Position numbers and translations under genes: made by a program. Of a DNA stretch of 54,493 nt, positions 20,206-29,662 are shown piece after piece. The stretch is from Saprospiraceae bacterium (GTDB taxonomy: Bacteria; Bacteroidota; Bacteroidia; Chitinophagales; Saprospiraceae): positions 1 through 54,493 of the forward strand of contig DATFJT010000075.1 of assembly GCA_035269065.1 (NCBI GenBank), written 5' to 3'. The notes below the pieces were generated by a model. It was not told the DNA's origin and made no database searches. It saw only the letters and a list, made by a program, of their open reading frames with translations. The first letter of the stretch is position 1. Every line of letters starts with the position of its first letter.

Positions 20206-21325
20206 ATTGATACATACAGCCCGTGGTTCTTCTGCTCGTGCAGGCAGACTAACGCTTGACCGGGGTATTGTCCACACGCCTATTTTCATGCCTGTAGGCA
20301 CCCAGGCTGCGGTAAAAGCGTGTACATTGGAAGATGTAGAAACACATGTAGGTGCAGAAATAATATTGGGGAATACTTATCATTTATACTTGAGGCCGGG
20401 GACAGAGGTACTCCAATCCCAGGGAGGAATTCACGGATTTAATCAATGGAAAAAACCTGTTCTTACAGATAGTGGGGGATATCAGGTTTATTCCTTGTCT
20501 AACAATCGGAAAATCAAGGAGCAAGGGGTTATTTTTCAATCTCATATAGATGGTAGCCGCCATTTATTCACCCCTGAGAATGTTATCGATGTTCAGCGAA
20601 AAATCGGGGCGGATATTATCATGGCTTTTGACGAGTGTACTCCTTATCCCTGTGAATATCAATATGCCAAAAAATCCATGCATTTGACCCACAGGTGGCT
20701 GGATCGTTGTATGGAGCGTTTTGGAACAACCGAAGCGCTTTACGGAAAGAGGCAATTACTGGCTCCGATAGTTCAGGGAAGTGTTTATGACGATTTGAGA
20801 AAAATGTCCGCTGAATATATTGCTCAAAAAGGATTGCCCATCAATGCTATCGGGGGATTGTCTGTTGGAGAGCCGACTGAGGATCTCTACCACCACACCG
20901 CCCTGGTCTGTGAAGTATTGCCAAAACCCAATGCGCGTTACCTTATGGGGGTGGGGACTCCAGAAAACCTGCTTGAATGCATTGATCGCGGTATTGACAT
21001 GTTCGATTGTGTGTTACCGACAAGAAATGCCCGTCATGGTACTTTGTATACATCTGAAGGAAGGATCAATATTAAGAACAAGAAGTGGCAATATGATGAA
21101 AGTATCATCGATTCCCAGAGTACATCACCGTATAGCAGAAAATATAGCAAGGCCTATTTGAAACATTTGATTCACACCGGGGAGCATTTCGGTAAGCAAA
21201 TAGCCAGTGTACACAATTTGTGTTTCTATTTGTGGTTGGTAAAGGAGGCCCGCAAACACATTTTGAACGATAGCTTCAGGGCCTGGAAGAACGACATGAT
21301 GGAAAAAATATCGAGAAAGTTGTAG
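20195..21325 (+). CDS. tgt: queuine tRNA-ribosyltransferase
   Basis: MKYELIHT...ARAG..T..G...TP.FMPVGT and LTDSGGYQV motifs. Start set to the ATG at 20195 because the track start at 20162 is GTG inside rodA. Confidence 0.95.
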   Translation: MKYELIHTARGSSARAGRLTLDRGIVHTPIFMPVGTQAAVKACTLEDVETHVGAEIILGNTYHLYLRPGTEVLQSQGGIHGFNQWKKPVLTDSGGYQVYSLSNNRKIKEQGVIFQSHIDGSRHLFTPENVIDVQRKIGADIIMAFDECTPYPCEYQYAKKSMHLTHRWLDRCMERFGTTEALYGKRQLLAPIVQGSVYDDLRKMSAEYIAQKGLPINAIGGLSVGEPTEDLYHHTALVCEVLPKPNARYLMGVGTPENLLECIDRGIDMFDCVLPTRNARHGTLYTSEGRINIKNKKWQYDESIIDSQSTSPYSRKYSKAYLKHLIHTGEHFGKQIASVHNLCFYLWLVKEARKHILNDSFRAWKNDMMEKISRKL

Positions 21326-21328
21326 CTC

Positions 21329-22414
21329 ATGAAAAAGCTGGATTGGTACATTTTAGGGAAATTCCTGCGCAGCTTTTTTTTCACGGCGCTGTTATTCACG
21401 CTCGTTGCTATGGTCATAGATTATAGTGATAAAGTCGAGGATTTCCATGATAATAAGATACCCATGGATCTTATTATCGACATGCATTATCTGCCGTTCA
21501 TTCCATATATTAATAGTCTCCTTTGGCCTTTATATGCACTGATAGCGGTGATATTTTTTACAAGTCGGATGGCTTATAACTCAGAGATAATATCAATTTT
21601 CAATGCCGGGGTCAGTTATTATCGCTTTTTAATGCCTTACTTGATCGGTGCGTTTTTTATTGCTTGTATCCATTTGGTGATGACGCATTACTTAGTGCCA
21701 GTAGGCAATAAAAAGAGAGTGGATTTTGAGAATTTCCATCTGGGTAAACATTCTGAGAAAACGAAGCGAAATAATATCCATTTATTTTTGGATGATCACA
21801 CAAAGGTAAATATCCGCTATTTTAATTCCAGTGACACAAGTGCCAAAGATTTTCGCATTGAGCGATTCGAGGAAGGCGTCTTAAGAGAAATGTTATTGGC
21901 CCAGTCAGCAAAATACATTGATAGTACCAATCAATGGAGGCTACGTGATTACACAGTTCGAGTCTTTGATAAGCAGAGTGAACAAATCTACAGGGAAGAG
22001 CTTGACATCTTAGATACAACGCTTAATCTGAAACCTGTGGATATATTTAGCTTCCATAATGACAAACAAAAACTGACTACGCCTGAACTCACGGCTTACA
22101 TTGACCGGCAGGTTCAACGAAAAAAAGGAAATATCAAAGAGTTCGTCCTTGAAAAACACCGACGCACAACGGAGCCTGTCACCGTTATCATTCTCACTTT
22201 CATTGGTGTAAGCATTGCCTCAAGGAAGGTGCGTGGCGGCATGGGTCTGCATCTGGCTATGGGTACACTTATCGGAGCATTGTTCATCTACGTTTCGAGA
22301 TTTTCGCTCATGTTAACCAATTCCAAGAATATACCTGCCAATATAGGTATATGGCTTCCGAATATCATATTTGCTCTGGTAGCGCTGTGGTTGGTTAGTC
22401 GGGCACAAAAGTAA
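21329..22414 (+). CDS. LptF/LptG-family (YjgP/YjgQ) permease
   Basis: MKKLDWYILGKFL N terminus typical of the family. Three N-terminal TM helices, a periplasmic beta-jellyroll-length insert, then three C-terminal TM helices. Confidence 0.85.
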   Translation: MKKLDWYILGKFLRSFFFTALLFTLVAMVIDYSDKVEDFHDNKIPMDLIIDMHYLPFIPYINSLLWPLYALIAVIFFTSRMAYNSEIISIFNAGVSYYRFLMPYLIGAFFIACIHLVMTHYLVPVGNKKRVDFENFHLGKHSEKTKRNNIHLFLDDHTKVNIRYFNSSDTSAKDFRIERFEEGVLREMLLAQSAKYIDSTNQWRLRDYTVRVFDKQSEQIYREELDILDTTLNLKPVDIFSFHNDKQKLTTPELTAYIDRQVQRKKGNIKEFVLEKHRRTTEPVTVIILTFIGVSIASRKVRGGMGLHLAMGTLIGALFIYVSRFSLMLTNSKNIPANIGIWLPNIIFALVALWLVSRAQK

Positions 22415-22549
22415 AGCCTTTCACAATTTTCATTTATTTTTGAAACTTCTGTAAAGACATAAAACGCTGATAAACAGTAGTTTGTAAAACTATTTGGGTG
22501 TATAGAGCATGAATTTGTAGCGATAAAGACACTTTTGTTTAACAATATC

Positions 22550-22581
22550 TTTGATTAATTGAACAAAAAGACATAGCTTTG
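22550..22581 (+). promoter_or_regulatory. candidate Bacteroidota-type promoter (TTTG-N20-TAGCTTTG)
   Basis: TTTG at 22550-22553 and TAnnTTTG match TAGCTTTG at 22574-22581, 22 nt upstream of the sigma-factor ATG. Confidence 0.4.
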
Positions 22582-22603
22582 GGGTAAATCAAATAGAAAA
22601 ATC

Positions 22604-23137
22604 ATGTCCACTTTAGAATTTTATGATCATTTCGATGAATTATCAGGATCACTTGAGAATTTTGCTTTCAACTTGACGAAAAATGTCGAAGATGCACGCG
22701 ACCTGTTCCAGGAAACAGCATTCCGTGCCATTAAGAATAAAGAAAAATTCCGTCCAGGAACAAATTTTAAAGCCTGGACATTTACCATCATGAAAAATAT
22801 TTTCATTAATAATTATCGTAGAAAAAAGAAAGCCAACACGCTTTTTGACTCTACTGACAATAATTATTTTTTAAACTCGGGTAAGAAGAAAGTCAAAAAT
22901 ATGGCCGAGTCTGAAATAATGATGAAAGAGCTAAACAGAATGCTCGAGGAACTTGATGATTCTCTATCAGTGCCTTTTTCTATGTATTACACAGGTTTCA
23001 AGTATCAAGAAATTGCTGACGAATTGGGCCTACCGCTGGGAACGGTCAAAAGTCGTATCTTTTTTGCGCGGAAAGAGCTCAAGCAAAAAATATCTAAAAG
23101 ATATGAGGGCTTGTATGATCTGCGCATGAGCAAATAA
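22604..23137 (+). CDS. ECF-type RNA polymerase sigma-70 family factor
   Basis: Region 2 (FKAWTFTIMKNIFINNYRR) and region 4 HTH (YQEIADELGLPLGTVKSRIFFARKEL). Confidence 0.88.
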   Translation: MSTLEFYDHFDELSGSLENFAFNLTKNVEDARDLFQETAFRAIKNKEKFRPGTNFKAWTFTIMKNIFINNYRRKKKANTLFDSTDNNYFLNSGKKKVKNMAESEIMMKELNRMLEELDDSLSVPFSMYYTGFKYQEIADELGLPLGTVKSRIFFARKELKQKISKRYEGLYDLRMSK

Positions 23138-23148
23138 GGAACTAAGGC

Positions 23149-24198
23149 ATGACAAATTTAGAAAATGGGAATGAGCTGTTTGTTCGTTCCCTTTTTTCTT
23201 GGTACCTCAAGCATAAAAGACCGTTGCCCTGGCGAAAAACGAAAGATCCTTACAAAATTTGGGTAAGTGAAATTATCCTGCAGCAAACACGGATAGATCA
23301 AGGGATGGACTATTATATTGCGTTCATCAATAAATGGCCGGATGTAGCTTCTTTGGCCAGGGCTACGGAAGATGAACTCATGAAAGCCTGGGAAGGGTTG
23401 GGTTATTATAATCGGGCTCGGAACATGCACCAAACAGCAAAATACGTTTCTAACGAGCTGAATGCTCAATTTCCGAAAACCTACAAAGATTTACTAAGGC
23501 TCAAAGGCATTGGGCCATACACCGCTGCAGCCATTGCTTCTTTCGCCTATGGTTTACCGCATCCTGTAGTAGACGGCAACGTTTATCGAGTTATTGCGAG
23601 AATCAAGAACCTGGAAATGGACATCACAAAACCCTCAGCCAGGTCAATATTTGTTGGCATTCTAGAAAAAATGATGGATGGTGTTGATCCTGCCGTTTTT
23701 AACAATGCAATCATGGAGTTTGGTGCTCTTCAATGCACTCCCAGAAATCCTTTATGCGAAGACTGTTTCTACAGTGAACATTGTCAGGCATATCAGAAGA
23801 ATACCGTTCAGGTAAGACCGGTGAAAACCAAGAAAACCAAAAAGAGGACGCGTTATCTGCATTACTTTGTTCAAGATAAGCAAAATGAGCAATGGGTAAG
23901 AAAGAGAGGGCCAGGAGATATTTGGCCAGGTTTGTATGAATTTCCTCTGAGAGAGACCACGACCAAACCGAAAAATATATCTGAAATTCTACCGGCTGCT
24001 GCACTTCCAAAGAATCAAGCTCAACTATTATTCAGCAAAAAACATATACTGACACACCAGGTACTACATATTCATTTATGGTTGACTGAACTGGATACCA
24101 GGCAACTGGAAAATGAGGGATTTCGTCAGAAATCTCAAGAAGAACTGAATCAATTGTCATTTCCGCGGCCGCTCCATGGCATTTTTGAAAAATTGTAG
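23149..24198 (+). CDS. mutY: A/G-specific adenine DNA glycosylase
   Basis: PWR...DPYKIWVSEIILQQT, HhH GIGPYTAAAI, 4Fe-4S cluster loop C.P..P.C..C....C, and a C-terminal NUDIX-like domain. Confidence 0.93.
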   Translation: MTNLENGNELFVRSLFSWYLKHKRPLPWRKTKDPYKIWVSEIILQQTRIDQGMDYYIAFINKWPDVASLARATEDELMKAWEGLGYYNRARNMHQTAKYVSNELNAQFPKTYKDLLRLKGIGPYTAAAIASFAYGLPHPVVDGNVYRVIARIKNLEMDITKPSARSIFVGILEKMMDGVDPAVFNNAIMEFGALQCTPRNPLCEDCFYSEHCQAYQKNTVQVRPVKTKKTKKRTRYLHYFVQDKQNEQWVRKRGPGDIWPGLYEFPLRETTTKPKNISEILPAAALPKNQAQLLFSKKHILTHQVLHIHLWLTELDTRQLENEGFRQKSQEELNQLSFPRPLHGIFEKL

Positions 24199-24228
24199 AT
24201 ATATTCGTTTAAACACTGAACGTAATCC

Positions 24229-24672
24229 ATGATCAACAAGGTAATTTTATTAGGTAACCTGGGTAGAGACCCAGAAATACGCACCCTGGAAAGTGGTGCT
24301 AAAATTGCGACTTTTTCAATCGCAACGAATGAGAATTACAAAGACAAAAATGGTGAGTGGCAGCAAGTAACTGAATGGCACAATGTAAAGGCATGGAATA
24401 AGCTCGCGGAAAGGGCCGAACAGTCGCTTAAAAAGGGGACATTGATTTATCTGGAAGGAAAATTGACACATAGGAAGTACACGGATAACAACAATGTGGA
24501 GAAATACATAACCGAGGTGGTGCCTTACAGTGTCAGAATTATCAATAAACCCGACGGTCCGGGAAATGATTCGGCAATGAATACTGATCGTTCTGAGGAC
24601 AACAGCTATGTAGAAACAACTAAAGACAGTTTTGACAATGACGGAAATACAGAAGATGATCTTCCGTTTTAA
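24229..24672 (+). CDS. ssb: single-stranded DNA-binding protein
   Basis: OB-fold N terminus (INKVILLGNLGRDPE), disordered acidic tail ending in DDLPF. Confidence 0.95.
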   Translation: MINKVILLGNLGRDPEIRTLESGAKIATFSIATNENYKDKNGEWQQVTEWHNVKAWNKLAERAEQSLKKGTLIYLEGKLTHRKYTDNNNVEKYITEVVPYSVRIINKPDGPGNDSAMNTDRSEDNSYVETTKDSFDNDGNTEDDLPF

Positions 24673-24712
24673 TTGGACAACCCACACACGATTTTTAACC
24701 AACATATAAATT

Positions 24713-26158
24713 TTGGAATCAGACAGTGAGTATTCGCTCCTAAGCCTATTAATCCTTTTTCCTTTGGCTGTTTTTGCTTTACCGGAATTGTCTCTCACCC
24801 TTTTACTTTTGTTCATACTCGTTATTTCATCGGGCTTGATCAGTGGGTCGGAGGTGGCATATTTTTCTTTGAACAGGTCCAGGATATTGGAATTGGAGAA
24901 TGAAAACCGAAGTTCGTCAGGGAGAATTCTAAGCATGTTGAATAACCCGAGACGATTGTTGGCGACCATTCTCATAGCCAACAACTTTATCAACATTTCG
25001 ATCGTCATACTCTCAGACTTGCTACTGAGACAATTGATAGATCAAGAGGGTCTTTTAACATGGTCAGAGCAAATAAGTGCACGATTGCCCACTTGGATTT
25101 ATCTGCCTGCAGCAAATCTCAGTGGTGTCATTAATTTTCTCATTGCTGTTGTACTTGCGAGTTTTATTCTTTTGGTTTTCGGTGAAGTGCTCCCCAAAAT
25201 TTATGCGCGAAAAAACAGCCTGCAGCTCGCGCGCTTCATGTCTTTTCCACTGAAAAGCCTCATGCGTTTGAGTTATCCTTTAAGTAGTATACTTATTAGG
25301 TTTTCCTCCATGTTTGAGAAACGACTGGAGCGCAGGGCGATATTTCAAAACATGGAATTGAAAAGTGATATAGACAAAGCCATAGAAATAACAGCTAGTA
25401 ATACTAACGAAGCCCGAGAAGAGGTGGACTTACTCAAGCGCGTGCTTAAATTCAGTGAGGTTCCGGTTAAGCAAATCATGAAATCAAGGGTGGATGTGGT
25501 CGCTATTGATGAGAAAACCAGTTTCGATGAGGTAGTGGATATTATTAAATCAAGTGGTTATAGCAGAATCCCTGTGTACACAGAGGATTTCGATAACCTT
25601 AAAGGTATTTTGTATGCCAAAGACCTGATCCCATACATTAAGGGTAAAGAAATAAAAAACTGGCTGGAACTCATTAAGACCCAGGTTTTCTATGTTCCCG
25701 ACACTAAAATGATTGATGACTTGCTGCGAGAATTTCAGAGTAAACGGACGCATATGGCCATAGTCGTTGACGAATATGGTGGAAACAGTGGTATCGTTAC
25801 GCTTGAAGATGTTATGGAAGAGGTGATAGGAGAAATCAAAGACGAGTTTGACGATGAGTTTGAACAGGACTTTTATAAAATTGATGATTACAACTACTTG
25901 TTCGAAGGTAAAACCTTGATCAATGATGTCTGCAAGATTATGGGTATTGATGAGGCGGTATTCCATGAGGTAAGGGGAGAATCAGACAGTGTCGCAGGGC
26001 TGATCCTGGAAATACTGGGTTACTTACCGAGAATAAATCAAAAAATATCAGTTTCTAACATCACCTTTACCGTGGCGGCAGTCAGTCATCGCAGAATTGA
26101 ACAGGTAAAAGTAACCAGGAACGTTAAGTCCAGGGAACTGCAAAAAATAAAGACATGA
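24713..26158 (+). CDS. gldE: gliding motility-associated protein GldE (CNNM/CBS/CorC-HlyC family)
   Basis: N-terminal CNNM TM domain, CBS pair, C-terminal CorC_HlyC domain. It lies between ssb and a gldD-like gene, the order I recall for Flavobacterium johnsoniae. TTG start is uncertain. Confidence 0.75.
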   Translation: MESDSEYSLLSLLILFPLAVFALPELSLTLLLLFILVISSGLISGSEVAYFSLNRSRILELENENRSSSGRILSMLNNPRRLLATILIANNFINISIVILSDLLLRQLIDQEGLLTWSEQISARLPTWIYLPAANLSGVINFLIAVVLASFILLVFGEVLPKIYARKNSLQLARFMSFPLKSLMRLSYPLSSILIRFSSMFEKRLERRAIFQNMELKSDIDKAIEITASNTNEAREEVDLLKRVLKFSEVPVKQIMKSRVDVVAIDEKTSFDEVVDIIKSSGYSRIPVYTEDFDNLKGILYAKDLIPYIKGKEIKNWLELIKTQVFYVPDTKMIDDLLREFQSKRTHMAIVVDEYGGNSGIVTLEDVMEEVIGEIKDEFDDEFEQDFYKIDDYNYLFEGKTLINDVCKIMGIDEAVFHEVRGESDSVAGLILEILGYLPRINQKISVSNITFTVAAVSHRRIEQVKVTRNVKSRELQKIKT

Positions 26159-26772
26159 GGGGAAGGAAGAGAAGCAATATCCTAATGGCAAGCTTTTTGC
26201 TGGTGATAGTCATGACCGGAGTCCAATGCGGGGGAGACAAGCAAGTCGCTCCCAAACCGAGGGCTTACCCTAAAGTGGAATACCCAGAAAAAGCATACCG
26301 CCTGCTTGATACCCTTTTTTGTCCCTTTCAGGCGGAGGTTCCTGTGTATGCTCAAGTGAGAAGGAAAGAAAACTATTTTGACCAAAAACTGAATTCCGAA
26401 TGCTGGTTGAATATAGAATTTACCGACTTTAATGCAGTTTTGCATTGTAGTTATGATAATATCACGGATCAAAATAATTTTGACAAACTTAAAACCGATG
26501 CTTTCAAGCTGGTAGATAAGCACAATGTCAAAGCTCAATACATAGACCGGTATGAGATTGAGAAAGAAAACGGGGTTTCTGGCTTTTTATTCAAAATCGA
26601 GGGCCCGGTGGCATCTGCTACTCAATTCTATCTCACCGATAGTACAGATCATTTCTTCAGGGCTAGTTTGTACTTCAATACTCGCGTTAACCGGGACTCG
26701 TTGGCACCAGTACAAGCTTACATAGATGAGGATATCAATCGATTTATTGAGAGTTTTGCGTGGGAGAATTAA
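26155..26772 (+). CDS. gldD: gliding motility lipoprotein GldD
   Basis: Lipoprotein signal (VMTGVQCGG) followed by PKPRAYPKVEYPEK, which I recognise as GldD-like. ATGA overlap with gldE. Confidence 0.65.
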   Translation: MRGRKRSNILMASFLLVIVMTGVQCGGDKQVAPKPRAYPKVEYPEKAYRLLDTLFCPFQAEVPVYAQVRRKENYFDQKLNSECWLNIEFTDFNAVLHCSYDNITDQNNFDKLKTDAFKLVDKHNVKAQYIDRYEIEKENGVSGFLFKIEGPVASATQFYLTDSTDHFFRASLYFNTRVNRDSLAPVQAYIDEDINRFIESFAWEN

Positions 26773-26935
26773 GTAGCTTATCGCCATTATACATTTCCTG
26801 CGGTGATCGATATGTGTTTATAGTTGCGAAAACAAGATGACCAGCAGTAAAACCAGCCCAAAATATTTCCCACGGGTCTTAAAACGCCTCAACATCTAAA
26901 CCAAAATATCATACGAATAATAGAAGGCTATTAGG

Positions 26936-27820
26936 CTAGGCGTACTTTTCCATCAAATCGTCAAATGAATTGATCAAGCGTATATTTTCAGGTAATTTTT
27001 CATCCAGGTCTTCTTCTCTGATGTTGCCCGCCAGAAGGATCTTGTACATAGGCAATTGTTTAGATAGGTCGTGGCACCATTGCGGCAGCTTGCCGTGAAA
27101 CTGTTTGCTTACATTGGCGCATAGCAGGTAATCTGCTTGCCATTCTTTTTGAGAAGAAATCACGCTCACATTGGGTACAGATTGTCCCAGGTAAAGAACC
27201 TCGTGCTGATTTGCCCGAAGCAGATAATTGGCCATGAGTAAAGCCAGTTCGTGGTATTCACGTGAGGGTAAGAATAACAGAAACCGCTTACCCGTAGAAT
27301 GTTGAGGAATCAGCCCATCGGTAGCGGCATTGATTTTTTGACGGACCAGATGGCTTACAAAATGTTCGTGCGCAGGGTGGATCTCTCCTATGGTCCACAT
27401 ATAGCCAATGCGTCCTAACAAAGGATAAATAATCTTAAACAAGGTATCTTTAAAGCCCAGGCGCAGTACACAGCTGGCAAAAACCTGATCGAATTTTTTC
27501 TCATCGAAATTCAGCATCTCTGAAACCAGGGCATTGATTTGAGCATGGTAATTTTGCTCCTCGGAAAATTCGTAGGTGAGCAACTTTACCTTTTCACTTA
27601 TGTCTGCAGTCGAGAGCTTACTTATTTCACTGATTTTCATACCAGCTTGACGCAGGGTGGCAATATTCAACAGCTTTCGCAACTCTTTATCGGAATAAGA
27701 TCGGATATTGGATTCTGTCCGATTGGGATCAAGCAACTGGTAGCGCTTCTCCCAAATACGGATCGTGTGGGCTTTAATGCCCGTATAAACCTCCAAATCT
27801 TTTATCGAGTAGTTCTGCAA
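26936..27820 (-). CDS. MerR-family regulator with CarH/LitR-like B12-binding C-terminal region
   Basis: MerR HTH (YSIKDLEVYTGIKAHTIRIWEKRY). W-x9-EH motif (MWTIGEIHPAHEH). ExHxx(A) (REYHELA) heading a Rossmann-like segment. Confidence 0.7.
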   Translation of the reverse strand: MQNYSIKDLEVYTGIKAHTIRIWEKRYQLLDPNRTESNIRSYSDKELRKLLNIATLRQAGMKISEISKLSTADISEKVKLLTYEFSEEQNYHAQINALVSEMLNFDEKKFDQVFASCVLRLGFKDTLFKIIYPLLGRIGYMWTIGEIHPAHEHFVSHLVRQKINAATDGLIPQHSTGKRFLLFLPSREYHELALLMANYLLRANQHEVLYLGQSVPNVSVISSQKEWQADYLLCANVSKQFHGKLPQWCHDLSKQLPMYKILLAGNIREEDLDEKLPENIRLINSFDDLMEKYA

Positions 27821-27890
27821 AACGCCGAAATTTTATTTTTGCGACAGGATTGTTGAATCTTATTCACAAAAGATTAAACAGAGGGAAATT

Positions 27891-28940
27891 CTATTTTGTT
27901 TCAGTCTTGGTCTCTTTTTCTTTTTTCTTCTCAACGGGAGGCATCAGATTTTCCTTGATTTTTTGCTCAACTTCCTTTGCTACTTCAGGGTTGTCTTCGA
28001 AGAATTGTTTGGCTGCTTCTCTGCCTTGGGCAATCTTGGTATTGTCATAACTATACCAGGAGCCACTTTTCTGGACAATGTCACAATCTACTCCGAGGTC
28101 CACCAGTTCGCCAATTTTACTGATGCCGCGGCCGTAAGTAATATCGAAGGTGGCAATGCGGAAAGGAGGAGCCATTTTATTTTTCACCACTTTGACCTTA
28201 ACGTGATTACCGGTTACATTGCCTTCCTTGTCTTTGATGGCAGAACCGCTGCGGCGAATGTCTAATCGGATAGAGGAGTAAAACTTAAGGGCATTACCAC
28301 CAGTAGTGGTTTCCGGGTTACCAAACATCACTCCGATTTTTTCGCGTAGCTGGTTGATGAAAATGCAACTACATCCGGTGCGGCCAATAGTAGAGGTCAG
28401 CTTTCTCATGGCCTGAGACATCAAACGAGCCTGAAGCCCCATTTTGGAGTCCCCCATCTCACCCTCGATTTCACTTTTAGGTACGAGAGCGGCAACGGAA
28501 TCAATAACGATGATGTCAATTGCTCCCGAGCGAATGAGATTTTCCGTTATCTCCAGAGCCTGTTCCCCATGGTCAGGCTGAGAAATAAGCAGGTTGTCTG
28601 TATCGACACCAAGAGACTCGGCATAGAAGCGATCAAAAGCGTGCTCAGCATCAACAAAAGCAGCAATACCACCTTGTTTCTGACACTCTGCTATGGCATG
28701 AATGGCTAGCGTTGTTTTACCCGAAGATTCAGGTCCGTAAATTTCTATAATCCGGCCACGAGGAAACCCGCCAATACCTAATGCGATGTCCAAGCCGATA
28801 GATCCAGAAGGAATGGTATCCACATCGACGACCTGTTGGTCTCCGAGCTTCATTACGGTGCCTTTCCCGTAGGTTTTTTCTAGTTTGTCTACAGTGAGTT
28901 TGAGTGCCTTCAACTTGGCCTCCTTGTCATTATTTGCCAT
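27891..28940 (-). CDS. recA: recombinase RecA
   Basis: Walker [11 protein letters not shown]1/L2 regions, overall RecA sequence, and a Lys/Glu-rich tail. Confidence 0.98.
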   Translation of the reverse strand: MANNDKEAKLKALKLTVDKLEKTYGKGTVMKLGDQQVVDVDTIPSGSIGLDIALGIGGFPRGRIIEIYGPESSGKTTLAIHAIAECQKQGGIAAFVDAEHAFDRFYAESLGVDTDNLLISQPDHGEQALEITENLIRSGAIDIIVIDSVAALVPKSEIEGEMGDSKMGLQARLMSQAMRKLTSTIGRTGCSCIFINQLREKIGVMFGNPETTTGGNALKFYSSIRLDIRRSGSAIKDKEGNVTGNHVKVKVVKNKMAPPFRIATFDITYGRGISKIGELVDLGVDCDIVQKSGSWYSYDNTKIAQGREAAKQFFEDNPEVAKEVEQKIKENLMPPVEKKKEKETKTETK

Positions 28941-29029
28941 AAGATAAATAGTCTAATTGCGAATTGGCTTTGCCAACAAGCAATATACAAAACCTTAAGC
29001 TAAAGTGTTCAACCGGAAGCCAAGAAAGC

Positions 29030-29245
29030 TTAGGCAGCTGCAAAGTTCATAATCTCATTGCAAACGCGATTAGAAGGCTGCAGGAGAAGAACTTCTAGTT
29101 CATTTTTTGCCTGTTCCATCATACGGAATTCATGCAGGGCCAGCCAATCATTTGAAAGATTTTCTTCAATGAGGTAACTTTCCTTCACTGAAGCTTCACC
29201 GTATAAATATGATATGTAATCTGTAGGAGTAAAAGTTTTTTTCAT
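29030..29245 (-). CDS. hypothetical small protein (71 aa)
   Basis: Only ORF in the interval. No motif recognised. Confidence 0.4.
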   Translation of the reverse strand: MKKTFTPTDYISYLYGEASVKESYLIEENLSNDWLALHEFRMMEQAKNELEVLLLQPSNRVCNEIMNFAAA

Positions 29246-29335
29246 AGACCTCAGTTTGTATGTTTAAACTGGAAATATAACCGGGCGAGTTGCTGAAATA
29301 TTGTTGAGCGAAAAAGAATTAACATTCAACGGATA

Positions 29336-29662
29336 TTAGCAGAAGGACTCCGGATGGAGAAAGAAATTATTAAACTTTTGGATACAGTGGTTTTCCACAG
29401 GAATGTTTTCTGAACGCAGCAATGCCTCCATAGCGCCGACGGGAGAAAAATAATGGCGACCAGAAAGCTCACCTTTTCTATTGACAACGCGATGTGCCGG
29501 AATATCTGGTGCGAGCTCGAGGCTTTTTCTCAAGGCGAATCCGACCATCCGGGCAGATCCTAAGGCTAGGTAGTCGGCAATCGCACCATAGGTGGTCACA
29601 TGACCCGTGGGAATTTGGCGCACAATTTCGTAAACTTGTTGGTAGTAAAGAGGTAAAGCCAT
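29336..29662 (-). CDS. alkyltransferase-like (ATL) protein, MGMT DNA-binding domain without the acceptor cysteine
   Basis: TYGAIA....ARMVGFAL.....IPAHRVVN..G.LSG. The canonical PCHRV is PAHRV here. Start set to the ATG at 29662 (MALPLYYQQ). Confidence 0.75.
   Translation of the reverse strand: MALPLYYQQVYEIVRQIPTGHVTTYGAIADYLALGSARMVGFALRKSLELAPDIPAHRVVNRKGELSGRHYFSPVGAMEALLRSENIPVENHCIQKFNNFFLHPESFC

Noticed and set aside
24316-25008. 230-aa minus-strand ORF antisense to ssb and gldE
   Set aside because: It is a shadow ORF opposite two well-supported genes. Its composition is low-complexity and Ile/Leu/Arg-rich, and it has no motifs.
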